Assembly (NCBI GenBank): GCA_051294375.1
Contig: CM119266.1
Coordinates: forward strand, 23,584,776 to 23,648,775
Length of the DNA: 64,000 nucleotides
Direction of reading: 5' to 3'
DNA from: Paraspadella gotoi
Taxonomy: Eukaryota > Animalia > Chaetognatha
Part shown: piece after piece, positions 44,064 to 57,589 of the stretch
Layout of the letters: every line of letters begins with the position of its first letter
Position numbering within the stretch: the first letter of the stretch is position 1
Made by a program: the position numbers and the translations under genes
Notes under the pieces: model-generated
The model's input: only the letters and a program-made list of their open reading frames with translations
Database searches by the model: none
Told to the model about the DNA's origin: nothing

Positions 44064-47000
44064 ATTTTATTATAATTCCAAAAAATGTCATCACCTCTCT
44101 TTCTCTGGAGTAAGGGATTTCGAGTTGGTATTCATAAAATGACATTTGCGGATTTCAACGCCGTTCCGCCTTTTAACAATTTTTTCTAATTCATTTTCTT
44201 TATTGTTTTCTCACTTTTAATCCCAGCATCAGGCCCATGCGCGCTACCGTTGTATTCTCATATTTTCTCGCGTCGCCCTCTATTCGCCGTCGTTCGTGGC
44301 CTATCTCGACATTTAACTTTCTATTATTGACCCGTCTTCCTCAAGATTCTATCGCTATCGTGATGTGGTTATGTGCCTTTTATACCCAGGGGATGATCTT
44401 TGTGATCCTCCTCTCGAGCTATTAAATGTTATTAATGAAATCCTTTCCATTGTGCTTTGCGATGTCTCTCACTCTCGTTGTACAGTCCTCTCTTGATTCG
44501 TCATCCTCACCCCAGGTCCGTAGGGTGAGAGCGTGGAGAGGTTGAGCTCGACTTTCCCGCCTATGACCAACCGATGATGCTGAAGCATCTATAATTTTAA
44601 TGATCACACCCCATATCCTTCTGAGTCTTTTTTGGCGTTTTTATTTGACCTTCAGCTTTGATCCACTCCCACGGGTTCTATTCCTCCGCTAGTTTCTCTC
44701 CTTTCGTGCATGAGGTTTGCTTTTGTGCGAAAGAAAATCCTACCTGGATGTGAGCCGACATTTTTATGTTCCTGCCGATTCTATCTGGTTATGCCCTCTC
44801 CTCACCCCTAAATTTCTCCCTATTTTCCCAGCTAAGATCGAATCTTTCTTGTCCTCATTTCCAGTCAGCACCCTACGTTCCCTCTTCATCTCTGCATCTT
44901 CTGCGAGGGAAGTAGGATCCTAGCTTTTCCGCATATTCTCCACTTTTCTGCGTGCCATCTACTTTCAGCCTAATTCTTCGAAATTTGGCCCGAGAGGGTG
45001 TATTTGTCCAGGATTAGCTTTTCGTTCGACCCCTAGCTCCTCTCTGACCGGCCGAAACTTTTCACATCTGTGCCCAGATCTTGAAAATTCGTCGCAGGGA
45101 TGCCTGGAGACCCCTAGATGACGCTATTTACTCTCCCTACCACAAAAGCATATATATATACCCTCTGGCACTTATCACCTTCTCACCTCTCATTTTTTAT
45201 GATTCCAGCTCCCCGGCCGCGAAAATTATAAGTCTGATGATCTGTAGGTTTGTCTAGTCGTGGTATCCATTTACGATCAGAATACCTCTTTTGTTCAGCA
45301 CACCATGCAAGCTCATAGAGATTATCGACCCCGAGCATCTTGGAGTTTCATGTTGTGTTTAATACTACCTTGCTCCAACAATATTCCCAATCCATCTTCC
45401 ACTATCAACATCAATGGACTCAACAACACATATTATGAGAGATGGTCGTCTTTGATTATCAACAGATACTCACAATTCTTCTGCTCGCATTTCCAGATCG
45501 CTCAGCGTAAACTGTTCTATCTTTTCAATTTCTGCCGTCGTCTACAGCTGAGGTAACTACTCTTCTCTCTCTTTNNNNNNNNNNNNNNNNNNNNNNNNNA
45601 GATCCTTCTTAACGAATGGTTCGTTGTTCCTTTTTTTCTTAATGTGTGACAATTTGGAGAATCGCGGGCAGATGGCACCAGTGGGACTCACCGTTAAAAA
45701 AAAAGGGAAGGACGACGTTCGGCTTCGCGAGGATCGAAGAGGCGTCAAGAAACAAACGAGCATCCGGGGCCGACGACGACGACGGAGACGACGAAGACGA
45801 CGACGTAAACACCGAAGATTTCTTGACGCGTCATCGTCTCTTGGATACAGAGTTTGTTTACTTCTTTAATTTGTTAGTTTGTTTTTTTTTCAGTCGATAT
45901 TTGTGAACGATTTTGTCTCCGGTCGCGAAGAAGAAGAAGAAGAAACGAAGTCAAAATCTGAAAATTTGAAAATATAAATATAATGACTAAATGTGTTTAC
46001 GTAAGTTAAAATTAAATCTTGATATATTCATTTGTATGTTAATTAACAATAAAACGATCAAGAGAATTTCTACCGAATAAAATAACTTTCCCTTTTCTCT
46101 TTCTCCCCCCTCCCCCACATCACCACCCTCCTCGCCTCGCCCGCAACGCAAAGAGAGATCCGAAAACAACGCACTCTCGATACGTCGGAGGCGGGGAAAA
46201 AAAATATAAACTGAAATCCGACCAAGCTGATTGGGCTTTTATAAAATGAAATATCGACTGAACTGCATTGGATCGTTCTGGAGTATCTCGAGGCTCCTCT
46301 CTTTCTCCGTTCGTTGCTTTCGACTCTTTGTTCGCGATAATAATCTTGAAATCTCTCCTTCTCCTCTCTCTACTCTCTCTCTCTCTCGTCTCGTCTCCTC
46401 GATCTCTCTCTCTCTCTCTATCTGCTCTCTCTCTCTCGTTCTCTCTCTCTCTCCTCTCTCGTCTCTCTCCCTCTCTCTCCGATAATAGCGATTCCGGACG
46501 GATAATCTCGAGTATAAAACGCGCCAATAAATCGTGGACTGGTGCTAGAAAAAAGAAAAAGCGTCCGGGATTATTTTTGGGGTTAATTCTGTACTGCTAA
46601 AGCTGACTTATATTTCTTTTTTTTCTTGTCTTTTTTACTCTTGTTTTTTTCTCTTTGTTTTGAAAAAAATACGTCACGAATAGTTTTTTTTGAGATAATG
46701 AGATTTCTTAAATTTCTCTTTGCCTTGAGAAAATGTTTAATAGACAAACCGCTTACCGCCTTACAAAAAATAAACAGCAGGCACACAACAAACTAAAAAA
46801 AAAACAAACCCGAACCTTGGCGCGCATCATAACGTCAGCTGGATCCCCCCTGCATCGTCTTCGTACTGCTTCTCTCTCTGCTCTCCTTGTCTCTGTCTCG
46901 TATCTACTCTCTCTCTCGTCTCTCTTCTCTCTCTCTCCTCTCTCTCTCCTCTCTCTCTCTCCTCTCTCTGCTCTTCTTCTTTCACCGCGCTCGCTCTCCT

Positions 47001-48744
47001 CCTCCCCGCCAAACGACAACGAGCGCTTAAGCAGAACCGTCGACGCGCGGTTGTCTTGATTTGATGTGAAAACCGGAAAGTGAAAGAGTCCGTGGTTACG
47101 AGCGTCACTCATCGTAACGCGTCGTAACGGAACGTCCGCGAACGGACGCACGGATGAAGCCGGACGCGTCACTCTCGCCAACTGCTTTCCTTTCTTTTCG
47201 GATCATTTGTACACTTTTTTTCCTTTCGATTTTTGCGGAGTTTAAAATACAAATCACTGGAATATTTTCAGGTAAAGTCCTGTATACATTCCTACTAATA
47301 TAGCTGATCGGTCACATGTATGTTTAAAGGAATAAATCGTCTTCTCTCGTCTTTGTTCGTCTTCGAATCAATGTTTTCCGTTCGCCTTTCCTCTCTTTCG
47401 ATTCTGTTTTTCTTGTCTTTCGTTTCTTTCTATCTTTGGTTTTCTTTTTATTCTTATTTGCTTTCTTTCTTGAGNNNNNNNNNNNNNNNNNNNNNNNNNN
47501 NNNNNNNNNNNNNNNNNNNNNNNNNNNNNNNNNNNNNNNNNNNNNNNNNNNNNNNNNNNNNNNNNNNNNNNNNNNNNNNNNNNNNNNNNNNNNNNNNNNN
47601 NNNNNNNNNNNNNNNNNNNNNNNNNNNNNNNNNNNNNNNNNNNNNNNNNNNNNNNNNNNNNNNNNNNNNNNNNNNNNNNNNNNNNNNNNNNNNNNNNNNN
47701 NNNNNNNNNNNNNNNNNNNNNNNTTTCCGGCGGAAAAAAGGTTTTTTAAAAAAAAATTTTAAATGTTATTTTTTTTTTTCCAAATATGAATTCGAATTCG
47801 AAGGTAAGGATTTTTCCACCGATTCTTTTCGCTCCCACGACTTTCGTTTTGGTTCGCTGCTCGAGTTACGAACGAAAGGGATTTTATCTGTCATAAAGAT
47901 CCTTTTTTTTTAGATAACAATTATTTATGCTAAGATTGACGAGGAGAAGAATTCTAAAAGGAGGAGTGCAGCTGCAGATTTCGTCGCTTAGAAATGAAAA
48001 ACTAAATGTTAAAATTTTTAAATGTCGTGTTTTAGCTTTAGAAATAGTTTTTAATAATTTACTTTCAACAAGAAAAAATACGCAAAATACTATAGCAAAA
48101 AAAAAACAAAAACAAACAGGCTGTAGAACAAAGCAAAAGAAGAATTAGTAATTAATCATTAAGCTAATGATAATTAATTGAGGGTGAAAGATTGAAAACA
48201 AAATATAGTTAATGAGATCTAAATTGAAAATAATATATAGTCTATGAGACTTGAGTCATATGTCCTATGCGATCTATTCCTTACATTAATTAGTCGACGT
48301 AAAAAAGACTAAATGACCAACAAGAAAATATTCCAATATCCAATATCTATATAGTTCTTAAAATTAGAATTATGTAAAAAAAAATAATAATTACCTAGAA
48401 AATCCAATTTTTGACAAGTTAAGTGTCAGGTATTCGCGCTTCGTAGTCAAACAAAAAACAACATTTTCTCAACTTTCGTTTTCCCCTTAAATGAAAAACG
48501 TTTTTTCGTCGCCTCTCGAAAGATAAAATTGATCTCATCGGCGAGAGAGTTAGAGAGGAAGAAATATATTTAATTAAAGGGGAAAAAATAAAGCGATAAA
48601 TCTAAAGTGTAGGAACCGTCATCCGGGGACTCGGATGTCGTCCGGATGTCATCCGGGGATTCAGATGTCGTTCATCATCTTTGAGTTGGATTCCTTTCAT
48701 CTTTGGTCTCCGAAGAGAATCTTTGAAGGCCGATCGGGTTACCG

Positions 48745-48800
<56 letters not shown>

Positions 48801-50389
48801 TCCTTGGGTATTATGGGCCGATTGGACAAAAGACCCCAATAAAATATTAGGTATTAGGGTTTTCTTTATGAGGTTTAGATTTTGTCCGATATGGTCGAAT
48901 ACTGTTGACAATTATATCGAGAAGGTTTGAAATTCCAAGAGGGAATTTACGTATTATGTAAAAAAAAACTGTTTGCTTTTTGATTAAATAAAATTTTCTT
49001 TTCTTTTATTTCGGTCCTCACGAAATCGCGCTTTCTTTTTCATGCCGATAAAAATCGGAAATTAATTTTTTTTTTCTATTTTTTTTTTTCGATTTAAGAT
49101 TTCGCGCCGCGATGCCTTTCAGTTTGATGTTTTCTCGATCGATGGATTTCTCATCTGGTCATGTAACCAATATAAATGTGGTTAGACAAAAAAAGTTATA
49201 TCTAGGGGAAAAAGCGGAACTACGGATAAGAAGCGAAAAGTGAGGAAAAGAATAAATTTCTGGAAGAAATAGAAGAGGAAGACGAAGAAAAGTAGGACGT
49301 TTAGACCAGGAAGTGATAATGTAAGCGGGAAAATATATCAGAAATGAGACAGAGAAATTTAAATTCAAAAATATTCGAAGTGGAAGGCTAACTTAGTCTA
49401 CACATGTCCGTGAAAATTGTTGTCGTTGTTGTCACCCGAATAAGATAATACCAAATTATTCGTGAAAAAAAATCACAGTAGTAAGATTAAAATAATTAAG
49501 TAGTAATGCTTCTTCTGTATAAATGAGTCACACCTCAAACTAATCCTTGGTCTCCTCACTAAAAAGATATCACATCTCAACAATTTCCAGCGACCGTTGT
49601 ACACATCGCAGGCTCTTTATCCTCTTCCCTGAAGTCATTGTCGTCGTCGTCGTCGTCGTCGTCGTCGTTCGACGCCATCTTGTTCTTAGTTTGGTTTTCC
49701 TCCGCTGGATTCATGGCGTTGGGGTCGGGGCGGCGCATTTATCCACCGTCGCCGAGAACCTTTCTCGTTCTTCTTAGTCTTTTCCTCTCCTCTTTCTTTT
49801 TTCCTTTCCTCTTCTTTCTTTTGCTCGTTTTTTCGTGAGATCAGATCCGCTGGTAAATTATTTGCGTTTGTTTAGTCTTTTTTTTGGTTGTTATTATTGA
49901 TTTGGTTATTGTTACTACAGATTAAAGAGACATTTTGTCAACACTAGGTTTTTTTACTCCCATAGAATTTAAAACTAGAATTAAGTAAGTTGATTCATAA
50001 AGGAAAGTTTGATTGAAAAAACATTTAAAAGAAGAAATTTAGATTATTAAACTAAATATGAAGAAAACTAAGAAGAAGACTGAAGCGAATTCAATTTTAA
50101 AAAGACGATTCATCTAGTTGCGCCCCGAAAAAGATGCCCAAAATAAAGCACCATGCGATATATTTTCCCACCACAAAAAAAAAGAAAAAAAGACGCCTCG
50201 AAAAAGTTGGGTCTCTGAATTTCAAAAAAAAAAAAAAAAAAAAAAAACCGCCACCGAAAAAAAACCCGTTAAGTTAATTACATCCGAGAAGAAAAAAAAA
50301 ATTCCAACTTTTTTCTTTCTATTTTCTTTTTTAAACTTCAAAAGTCGCTTCATTAAAAAACTGAAAGGAAAAAAAATCACCCGAAATAA

Positions 50390-50479
<90 letters not shown>

Positions 50480-50599
50480 ACGCGCGAATAGGCGTTTGAA
50501 TTATCGCCGCGATTTAAGGAAGGAACGCCGAAGGAGCTAATCCTTGTTTCGGGAGAAACATTCATCAACAAAGAAACAAGAAAGAAGAGAGAGAAAGAA

Positions 50600-50683
<84 letters not shown>

Positions 50684-51139
50684 ATAGAAATAAAGAAAGT
50701 AAGAATGAAAGAGAGAAAGAAAAAAAAACCTGAAAAATGGAAGGAAAAAAAATTCTTCATTTTGCTTATAAATTTTTTCGTTCCATTGTTGAAATCCTTG
50801 CGTGAATATGAAATATGAAAGTGAGTATAAATGATGTGAACGAAGAACAAAAGGATTTAAAGAGCGTTTTCCGTCTTTCTTTTTTGATCCTCTCCTGAGT
50901 TTTGTACTTTGTTTTAAATAGGTCATCTTGCGAGACGAGGGGAGGACGGAATGATTCTGAATGAATCTATCATAGTGAATGGGAATGTAACAAATATTAC
51001 CTAACGAATATCGCACATTGTATTTTATTTTTATTTATTTTAGAAACATATGTAATGAGTAAAACACATACACATCGCAAAATTCTCATTCAACATCTTG
51101 GAATTCTTCATCGACGCTGCCACCACGGCTGCTGCCGCT

Positions 51140-51192
<53 letters not shown>

Positions 51193-51505
51193 CGTCCTTG
51201 CTTCCATTGTTTCGTCGTCTCCCGTTCCAGCGGCTTCAGCTTTTCTCATTATCGCTGGCGATATTCCGTCAGAATTTATGTACGTTATGACAGGCGAGAG
51301 AAAGGGGCCGGACTCGAGGGAGGGAGGGAACGAAAGAGAAGAGAAGAAAAGAGAGGGGAAAAGATGGGAAGATGGGAAAAGATAAGAGAGTAGAGTAGAG
51401 AAGATAGGATGAAGTATATATAAGAAATAATGAATGGAATGGAGAATGAAGGAAACCGTGTAAGAAAGTTAAATACAAAAGTCGCAAGCGAATTTTCTCT
51501 CAAGA

Positions 51506-51587
<82 letters not shown>

Positions 51588-51845
51588 CTCTCTCAGATGA
51601 TTTGTCGCTCGACATCGGATGAATAACGTTTTTCTCTCTCTTCCTCCTTTTTCCCCCATTTCATTTTCCTCTCCTTTTTTTTCCTTTCTCTCTCTCCCGT
51701 TTTATTCTCTTTTTTATATCGACATTATCACGAGTGCGCGTGACGCGGGCGACTCCGCGTCGGTGGCGCGTGAGAGGGTGGAGTTGACGGAAACTGGGGT
51801 AAATCACTCTCTCCCATGTTCTTCTTTCTCACTCGCGGTTGTTCA

Positions 51846-51929
<84 letters not shown>

Positions 51930-52259
51930 ACATTTATACCTGCTTTCGCTCATTTTCTCTGAAAATATCTCTTCAGACGACCAATCCTGAACCTGAAAAT
52001 CATAAAATTTGGAAAAACTATCGATTTTGAATGAAAGATATATGACATTATCTTGAGCCTAAATTGTAGAACAAGACAAGTGATATCAGAGAAGTTGTCG
52101 TCTTGAATCATAAAATCGTTTCTTCGTTCTACTAGATCTTTATTGTTCTCCCAAATATATACGCACCGAACATCATTACAAGATGAAGTCAACCATTCCC
52201 TTTTTTGCTCTCCCCGTTCTCCAAAAGCCTCATCACACCAACACCCTCGACCAACCTTG

Positions 52260-52415
52260 GCCACGCCCCCTTCCCACCCCCAGGGGCGACGCCTTCTCTC
52301 ATCGCTTCCGGGACCCAGATGGCGTCAGCGCGGGTTTTTAATTTCGCGCGATAAAAGAAAATAGACTCTCGTCGCTTTGGCGCGGGATGACGTCGAATGA
52401 CGTCAATGGCGTCAA
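52260..52415 (+). promoter_or_regulatory. Candidate promoter motif cluster upstream of the lectin-like gene
   Basis: GCCACGCCCC (Sp/KLF-like, 52260-52269), TTTCGCGCG (52342-52350) and TTTGGCGCG (52376-52384; both E2F-like), and TGACGTCA (CRE, 52398-52405) with neighbouring TGACGTC/TGGCGTCA variants. It lies ~850 bp upstream of the first recognised exon. Confidence 0.4.
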
Positions 52416-53266
52416 TGGAGTAACGTCGTCGTCGACGGCGACGACAATGACGACGACGACGATGGCGACGATGGCGACGACGGCGTCAGCAACGACGACG
52501 ATAGGCGGGAAACAACAACAAAGCCGACGAAATGAAATTTAAAAAAACTACTACAACAACGACAAAACAGATAAAAACTGGATCCAAGTTTTATCTACGG
52601 AGAACAGAAAACTTTATGTTTCTTTGTTGTTTTTTTTTCCAGCGTTAATCTGTTGGTATACTAAGGCAGTGAAATCTATTCCGAGAGAATACTATGAAAT
52701 GAAAGGAATAAATACTCTGACTTGAAAACATTCGAAAGAATCGAATTAATAACCTAATAAAGATTTAAAATCCGTCGAATATTCGATAAAACCATCGAAA
52801 ATACTCGATTAAAATACTCGGTTAAAATCCGTCGATACAATTCCTCGCTATCGCAGCGAGGAAAGAAAAGAAGTCAACTCGGAATTTAATGTTTTCGTCG
52901 CCAACATCGACGGATAAAAATGCCGAGCGATGTGAGGATAAAAAAAAAATAGTCTAATGTAGTCTAATATATACAACACTGACTTCCCCTTCCCAAATTG
53001 AATTATTAGATAAATAAAACATTTTTAAAAAAGAAAGCAATATATGTTTGATTAAATAATATAGATTAAATACTAACTCCTTCATAAAAATATTAAAATA
53101 TTAAAATATTAAAATAGAAAAATAGAAATAGTGAAACAAGTAATTTGCAAATTTTCATAGTAATAAGGAAGATTGAGTTGTTTACGAAAATCGTTTGTTT
53201 ATCATTTTCCGTTTTTATTTTGTTTTGGTTTTGTTTCTTTTTTCCCTCGTCCAGTCGGAAGTGCGT

Positions 53267-56152
53267 ATGGCGACGATGGGGCTGACCGTCGCCTCCCTGC
53301 TCATCATCATGGTCTCCATCGTCTTCAGCATCGTCAACTTCATCAAGTTCACCGATTTGAAGAGCAAAGTTCTCTCCTCGAGTGAGCCGAGGGAAAGAGA
53401 GGGACGTGGCATGGCATGGCTTTCTTTTTTATCGCTCATAGTTGTTTATTATTATTTCCGTTCATCCAGGCGGCATACCAGGATCTTCCGATCGTGAGTT
53501 AACACTGATGATATATTATTATTATTATTAACCTATGGGGAAGTAAAAAAACAAATTTTCTGTTTCATTTTTGACCGATCGTTTTCCAATTCATCTTGAC
53601 CCTGATTGAATAAAGAGCGCCAGGACATCAAAGACGAAATGGACGGTTTAACGGAAGACATCCAGGATTGGCAAGAGAGTGGTAAGTTATGTTTAAAATT
53701 TGTTGTTCCAATGAGAAAATCTTAAATTGGCAAATATTTATACTTATTTCTTTCAGTTGATAAAGGCAAAGGCCAAAGCAGTATTATGCGTATGAAGGTG
53801 AACGCAAAGAAGTATGAACTGTGATTGAATGAAAATGACATTGCAATAACTTTTATTTTACAGATGGATCCTAGACACGGACCTTACCAACCTTACCTTC
53901 ATTTTGAAAACGAAAAAAGTACCAATCCTCAATTTTTGTCGTCAGGACATTTAAATTATGGGTTTTGTTATCGATCAACGTTTTTTTCAGGAGTTAGAAA
54001 TGTGTTTAAGAGAGAAGCCCGTATGGACGTAAGTCAGTTCTTCAAAATTATATTTATTTTAGTTTTTATTTGTCGTGCTAACAATTAAATCATCTTTGGC
54101 TTCTCTTAACTCTAACTTTTCACAGGACGCGGAAGAAATGGGTAAAAAGATCATTGATCTGCTCGAGAAGAATTTGAAACCTGGTAAAGAAATCCGTCAC
54201 GGATTTTATTTTTTTACAACGTATGCCCGGTGAACCGTGCAGTTTAATAAGCCCGGGAATTTTTGTAATTCATTTGCAGAATATGCGGAACAAGCAAGGA
54301 AACTCGTTGAACAAATCAAGACGCTTCGTATGTTTTGACCTGATAATTGTTATTAGGTTTTAATTATTTTTATTTCCTTATAAATATATTTTCTCCGTCC
54401 TCCGGTTCCATTTACTTCCGGTTCGAATACCAAAGGTCCGAGGATCGATGGATTAACTAATAAATCGAAGGATCGACTCGAGAACGCCAAGACATTGCAG
54501 AAATCCGTGGACGAGACGGCGCGCCGACAAGCACGTGAGAGACGATGACGAAATGAATGTCAAAGACCAGATGACCCGACGGAAAGACTCTAGGAAAAAC
54601 ATTGCCTTATTGCCCTTAATTGTTTATGATATTGTATATATAGTTCAGAAGGACGTACTGATAAATCTCTCAAACTTTTCTCGCACGCAGAGGTTATGAT
54701 GGCTGATACGTTTGACATAGATCTGGACCAGAGCGACCCATTCAAAACGATCAACGATTCCCTGGAATTGTCCATACCCAAAACGCAGAAAGGGTTAGTT
54801 AATTTGTTCCGAAATTATTGGCGAAAAAAAAAACTGTTGCTAATTAATTGTTAAACAATTGTTTGTCAGAGAACCATCGGTGGCAAAGGCGAAGTCCTGC
54901 TCGGCTCCTCGTTACTTTTGGAATTGGGTCGTCAAGATCAAGAAGAAGATGACGGCGAGCGACGCTCTCAATCACTGCTACAAAAGTAGTTACATCTGAT
55001 TGTAGTACTTTTATTGGTATCAGGGTTTATATACAGTACAAATAAAACATAAGTCCATGAAAGCAAAATATTAAAAAAGCAGCATTGACTAAAAGATAAT
55101 TCAGAACAATAGTCTAGTTTGAATATTTCATGATTATTAAAAACAAAATTTAAAATATCATTTTTGGTTGCCACTAATTAGCTTAAAATTTTTTCTAACA
55201 TATATTGGTTGTACCAATTTCATAAATAAGAAGTTTTCGTTCCGCCATAAAAATATTATTATTATTCAATGACCATTCAATAATTTCATTCTCCATCCAT
55301 TATCAATTTATTGTAGCTACCACGACCATTATAAAACTTACCCGATTGCTTACGGTAAGGAAGGTAAGTAAGGCTTACCCCTTTCTCTTCCCTTCGGATC
55401 AGACGGCGGGGAATGGATCGGTAGCGTTGCCTGGAACAATCTGAGCTCACTCGTGTCCCCCGGTGAGAGTTACTGGGGTCACATGTTCCGCAAGTCCGAC
55501 TACGACTCGGACCTCATGGGTCCTCACATCGCCTGTCCCAAGAAAAGCGATTCTGGAGACGGAGACTGCACGAAGATTACAGACGATCTCAAGGTGACGC
55601 GTTGAACTAGTCAAGAGTTTGGAGATTGAGGTCCTAATAAATGTTATGACAGGTTTCAACGTACAACGGTTATAAGAATGATAAACATAAAGACGCGCCC
55701 GAGAGGGACTTCCGTTTGATTTGCTCAATGGCTAAAATTACTGCTACTGTTCAGTACTGTACAGTGTACTCGTCATTTTGGGCAAATACATATATATGCA
55801 TATACATATATAATGTATAGTTTGTATACCCCAATCATTAGCTCCGAAAACATAATATTAACTTCGTACACCCAATCCTATTCTCCGTTTCACCACAAAA
55901 GCCACAATTCAATTTCAAAACTCCTTTTTTCCACAGATCCACGCGGGCAAAGCCTTCTCCGAAGTGACTTCTCTGCAAGGGCTGCAGTCTTACGTCTTCA
56001 AAGATGCTGAGGGCAACAACAACGAACCCAAGGCGTGGTTCGCCAAGAAGGACGAGACCAAGGAATCCTTTTGCTTCGTTTGGCGCACCATGCTCAGATG
56101 GGGCTACGATATCGAGACCAGCCCGGGGCAGGGGGCGCTCATGGTCGAGTGA
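53267..56152 (+). CDS. 14-exon gene for a type-II membrane protein (N-terminal signal-anchor, helical stalk, divergent C-type lectin-like domain), ~416 aa
   Basis: Manual GT-AG splicing gives exons 53267-53381, 53470-53493, 53616-53681, 53757-53797, 53864-53918, 53991-54028, 54126-54183, 54280-54327, 54436-54534, 54649-54793, 54870-54985, 55317-55354, 55403-55593 and 55937-56152. Phases match at every junction except 54985/55317, which is 1 nt short. Translation: MATMGLTVASLLIIMVSIVFSIVNFIKF (hydrophobic anchor)...QRQDIKDEMDGLTEDIQDWQES...DAEEMGKKIIDLLEKNLKPEYAEQARKLVEQIKTL (helical)...KSCSAPRYFWNWVVKIKKKMTASDALNHCYK...ESYWGHMFR...KAWFAKKDETKESFCF. An in-frame acceptor at 53254 means upstream exons may exist. 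The gene call is strong; the lectin-domain call is an inference from motif spacing. Confidence 0.8.
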
Positions 56153-57589
56153 GCCTCATGAGGGGGATGGAATAAGATGGCGAAGGAATCGGAGAGATCA
56201 TTTTTTTCTAGGATTAATCATAAAGATACGGCGGATTTTTAATTTTGACTAATTATTTTAATATATATCAATGAGTAATACGAATTTATTCGAGAGCGCT
56301 CTCCGATTCCCTAATATTGTAATAACGAAAAAAAAAAAGGTTTGAAATTGTTATTTTTATTTTTCAAGAGGAAAATAAAACCAAATGGTTTAATTAATTT
56401 TAGTCGTGTTTTTCGTTGTTGGAATTGTTACAGGTGATATATATTTTTCATTCCGGTATTTTCCCATAAAAATATTTGAATATTTTTTTCTGGGGGGTGG
56501 AACCGACTGGTGGCGTGACCTTGTATTTCGCCCCCTTCCCGTCATTTTTTGACCATAAATGCCACAACCTTATTTCTCGCTGGAACTTCATGGCACCGTA
56601 TCAACAAACCATTACTCCTTTGGCGAAACAATACGCGCTGTTGGCAAATAAAACTGTCGACGAAAACGACGACGACGAAAATGACGACGACGAAAACGAC
56701 GACGACGAAAACGACGACGGGCGGGACAGTTTATGGTTTTATTGCCTTTCCAGTTGGTCGCCCGTCGGGTCGGCCCGACAAAGGCCCCGTCGGGCTCGAC
56801 CCTCGCGGTTTCGCCGCGCCGAGGCGGGACCGCGAGGACGACGGGGCGAAAACGGCGGAAGGGCCGAGCGAGTGGCCTCTGCGGAAAAAGGAGCCAGACG
56901 AGACGGAAGGGCCAAGGATGAGAGAGAAGGACTGAGAAGCCGGTAACAAGTTGGACTTAGAGGCCAAAAATTGGAAAAGACAAGTGTTAACGAGGATTCT
57001 CGGACACTACTTGGCCCGGGGTAGAAAGAAACTGACTGCCTTACTCGAAGGAGTCCTTCAACTCAAGGAGATAAAGAAACTAATATTTTGGGTCACTGAT
57101 TAACTTATAAAAAATGAGGTGTCCTTTAGTTTCTTGTCGGTTTTTCCCGTAACAGTTTCGTGTCGAATTTATCCTTGTGGTTTTTCCTCTTGTTTGTTTT
57201 TACCTTCCCATTTCGAAAAATCATGTCAGAGTCTCGTCAAAATTATGTTTTATTCCATGTTCTTCTCTCGTTCTCTTCTCATAAATTAAGAGTCTTTTTC
57301 TCTCTGTCTTTCTCTGATTCGGAAAAATCTTTCTGAAATGTTATTGTTCTTGTCCTTTTCCCTTTTGTGTTTCTTCGCATTTGGTTTTGCAACTTGCACA
57401 CTTTGGTCTACCTCCACTTCTCCCTCTCTCCTTTCTCCCCATTTCCACCTTCTCCCTCTTTTTTCTTCCTGCTCCTCCCCTTCTCCCTCTCTCCCCCAAA
57501 CGCACGATTCGGCCTCCTTCTAATCTTCCTGCCTCGGAGACCGCGTCGATAAATCACGTCCTGTGATCCCGCGTTTCATCTCGATCCCC

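Noticed and set aside
52841-52863. Perfect 9-bp hairpin TTCCTCGCT-ATCGC-AGCGAGGAA
   Set aside because: It is a short isolated stem with no U-tract, Helitron CTRR end or ncRNA context, and such stems can arise by chance in 64 kb.
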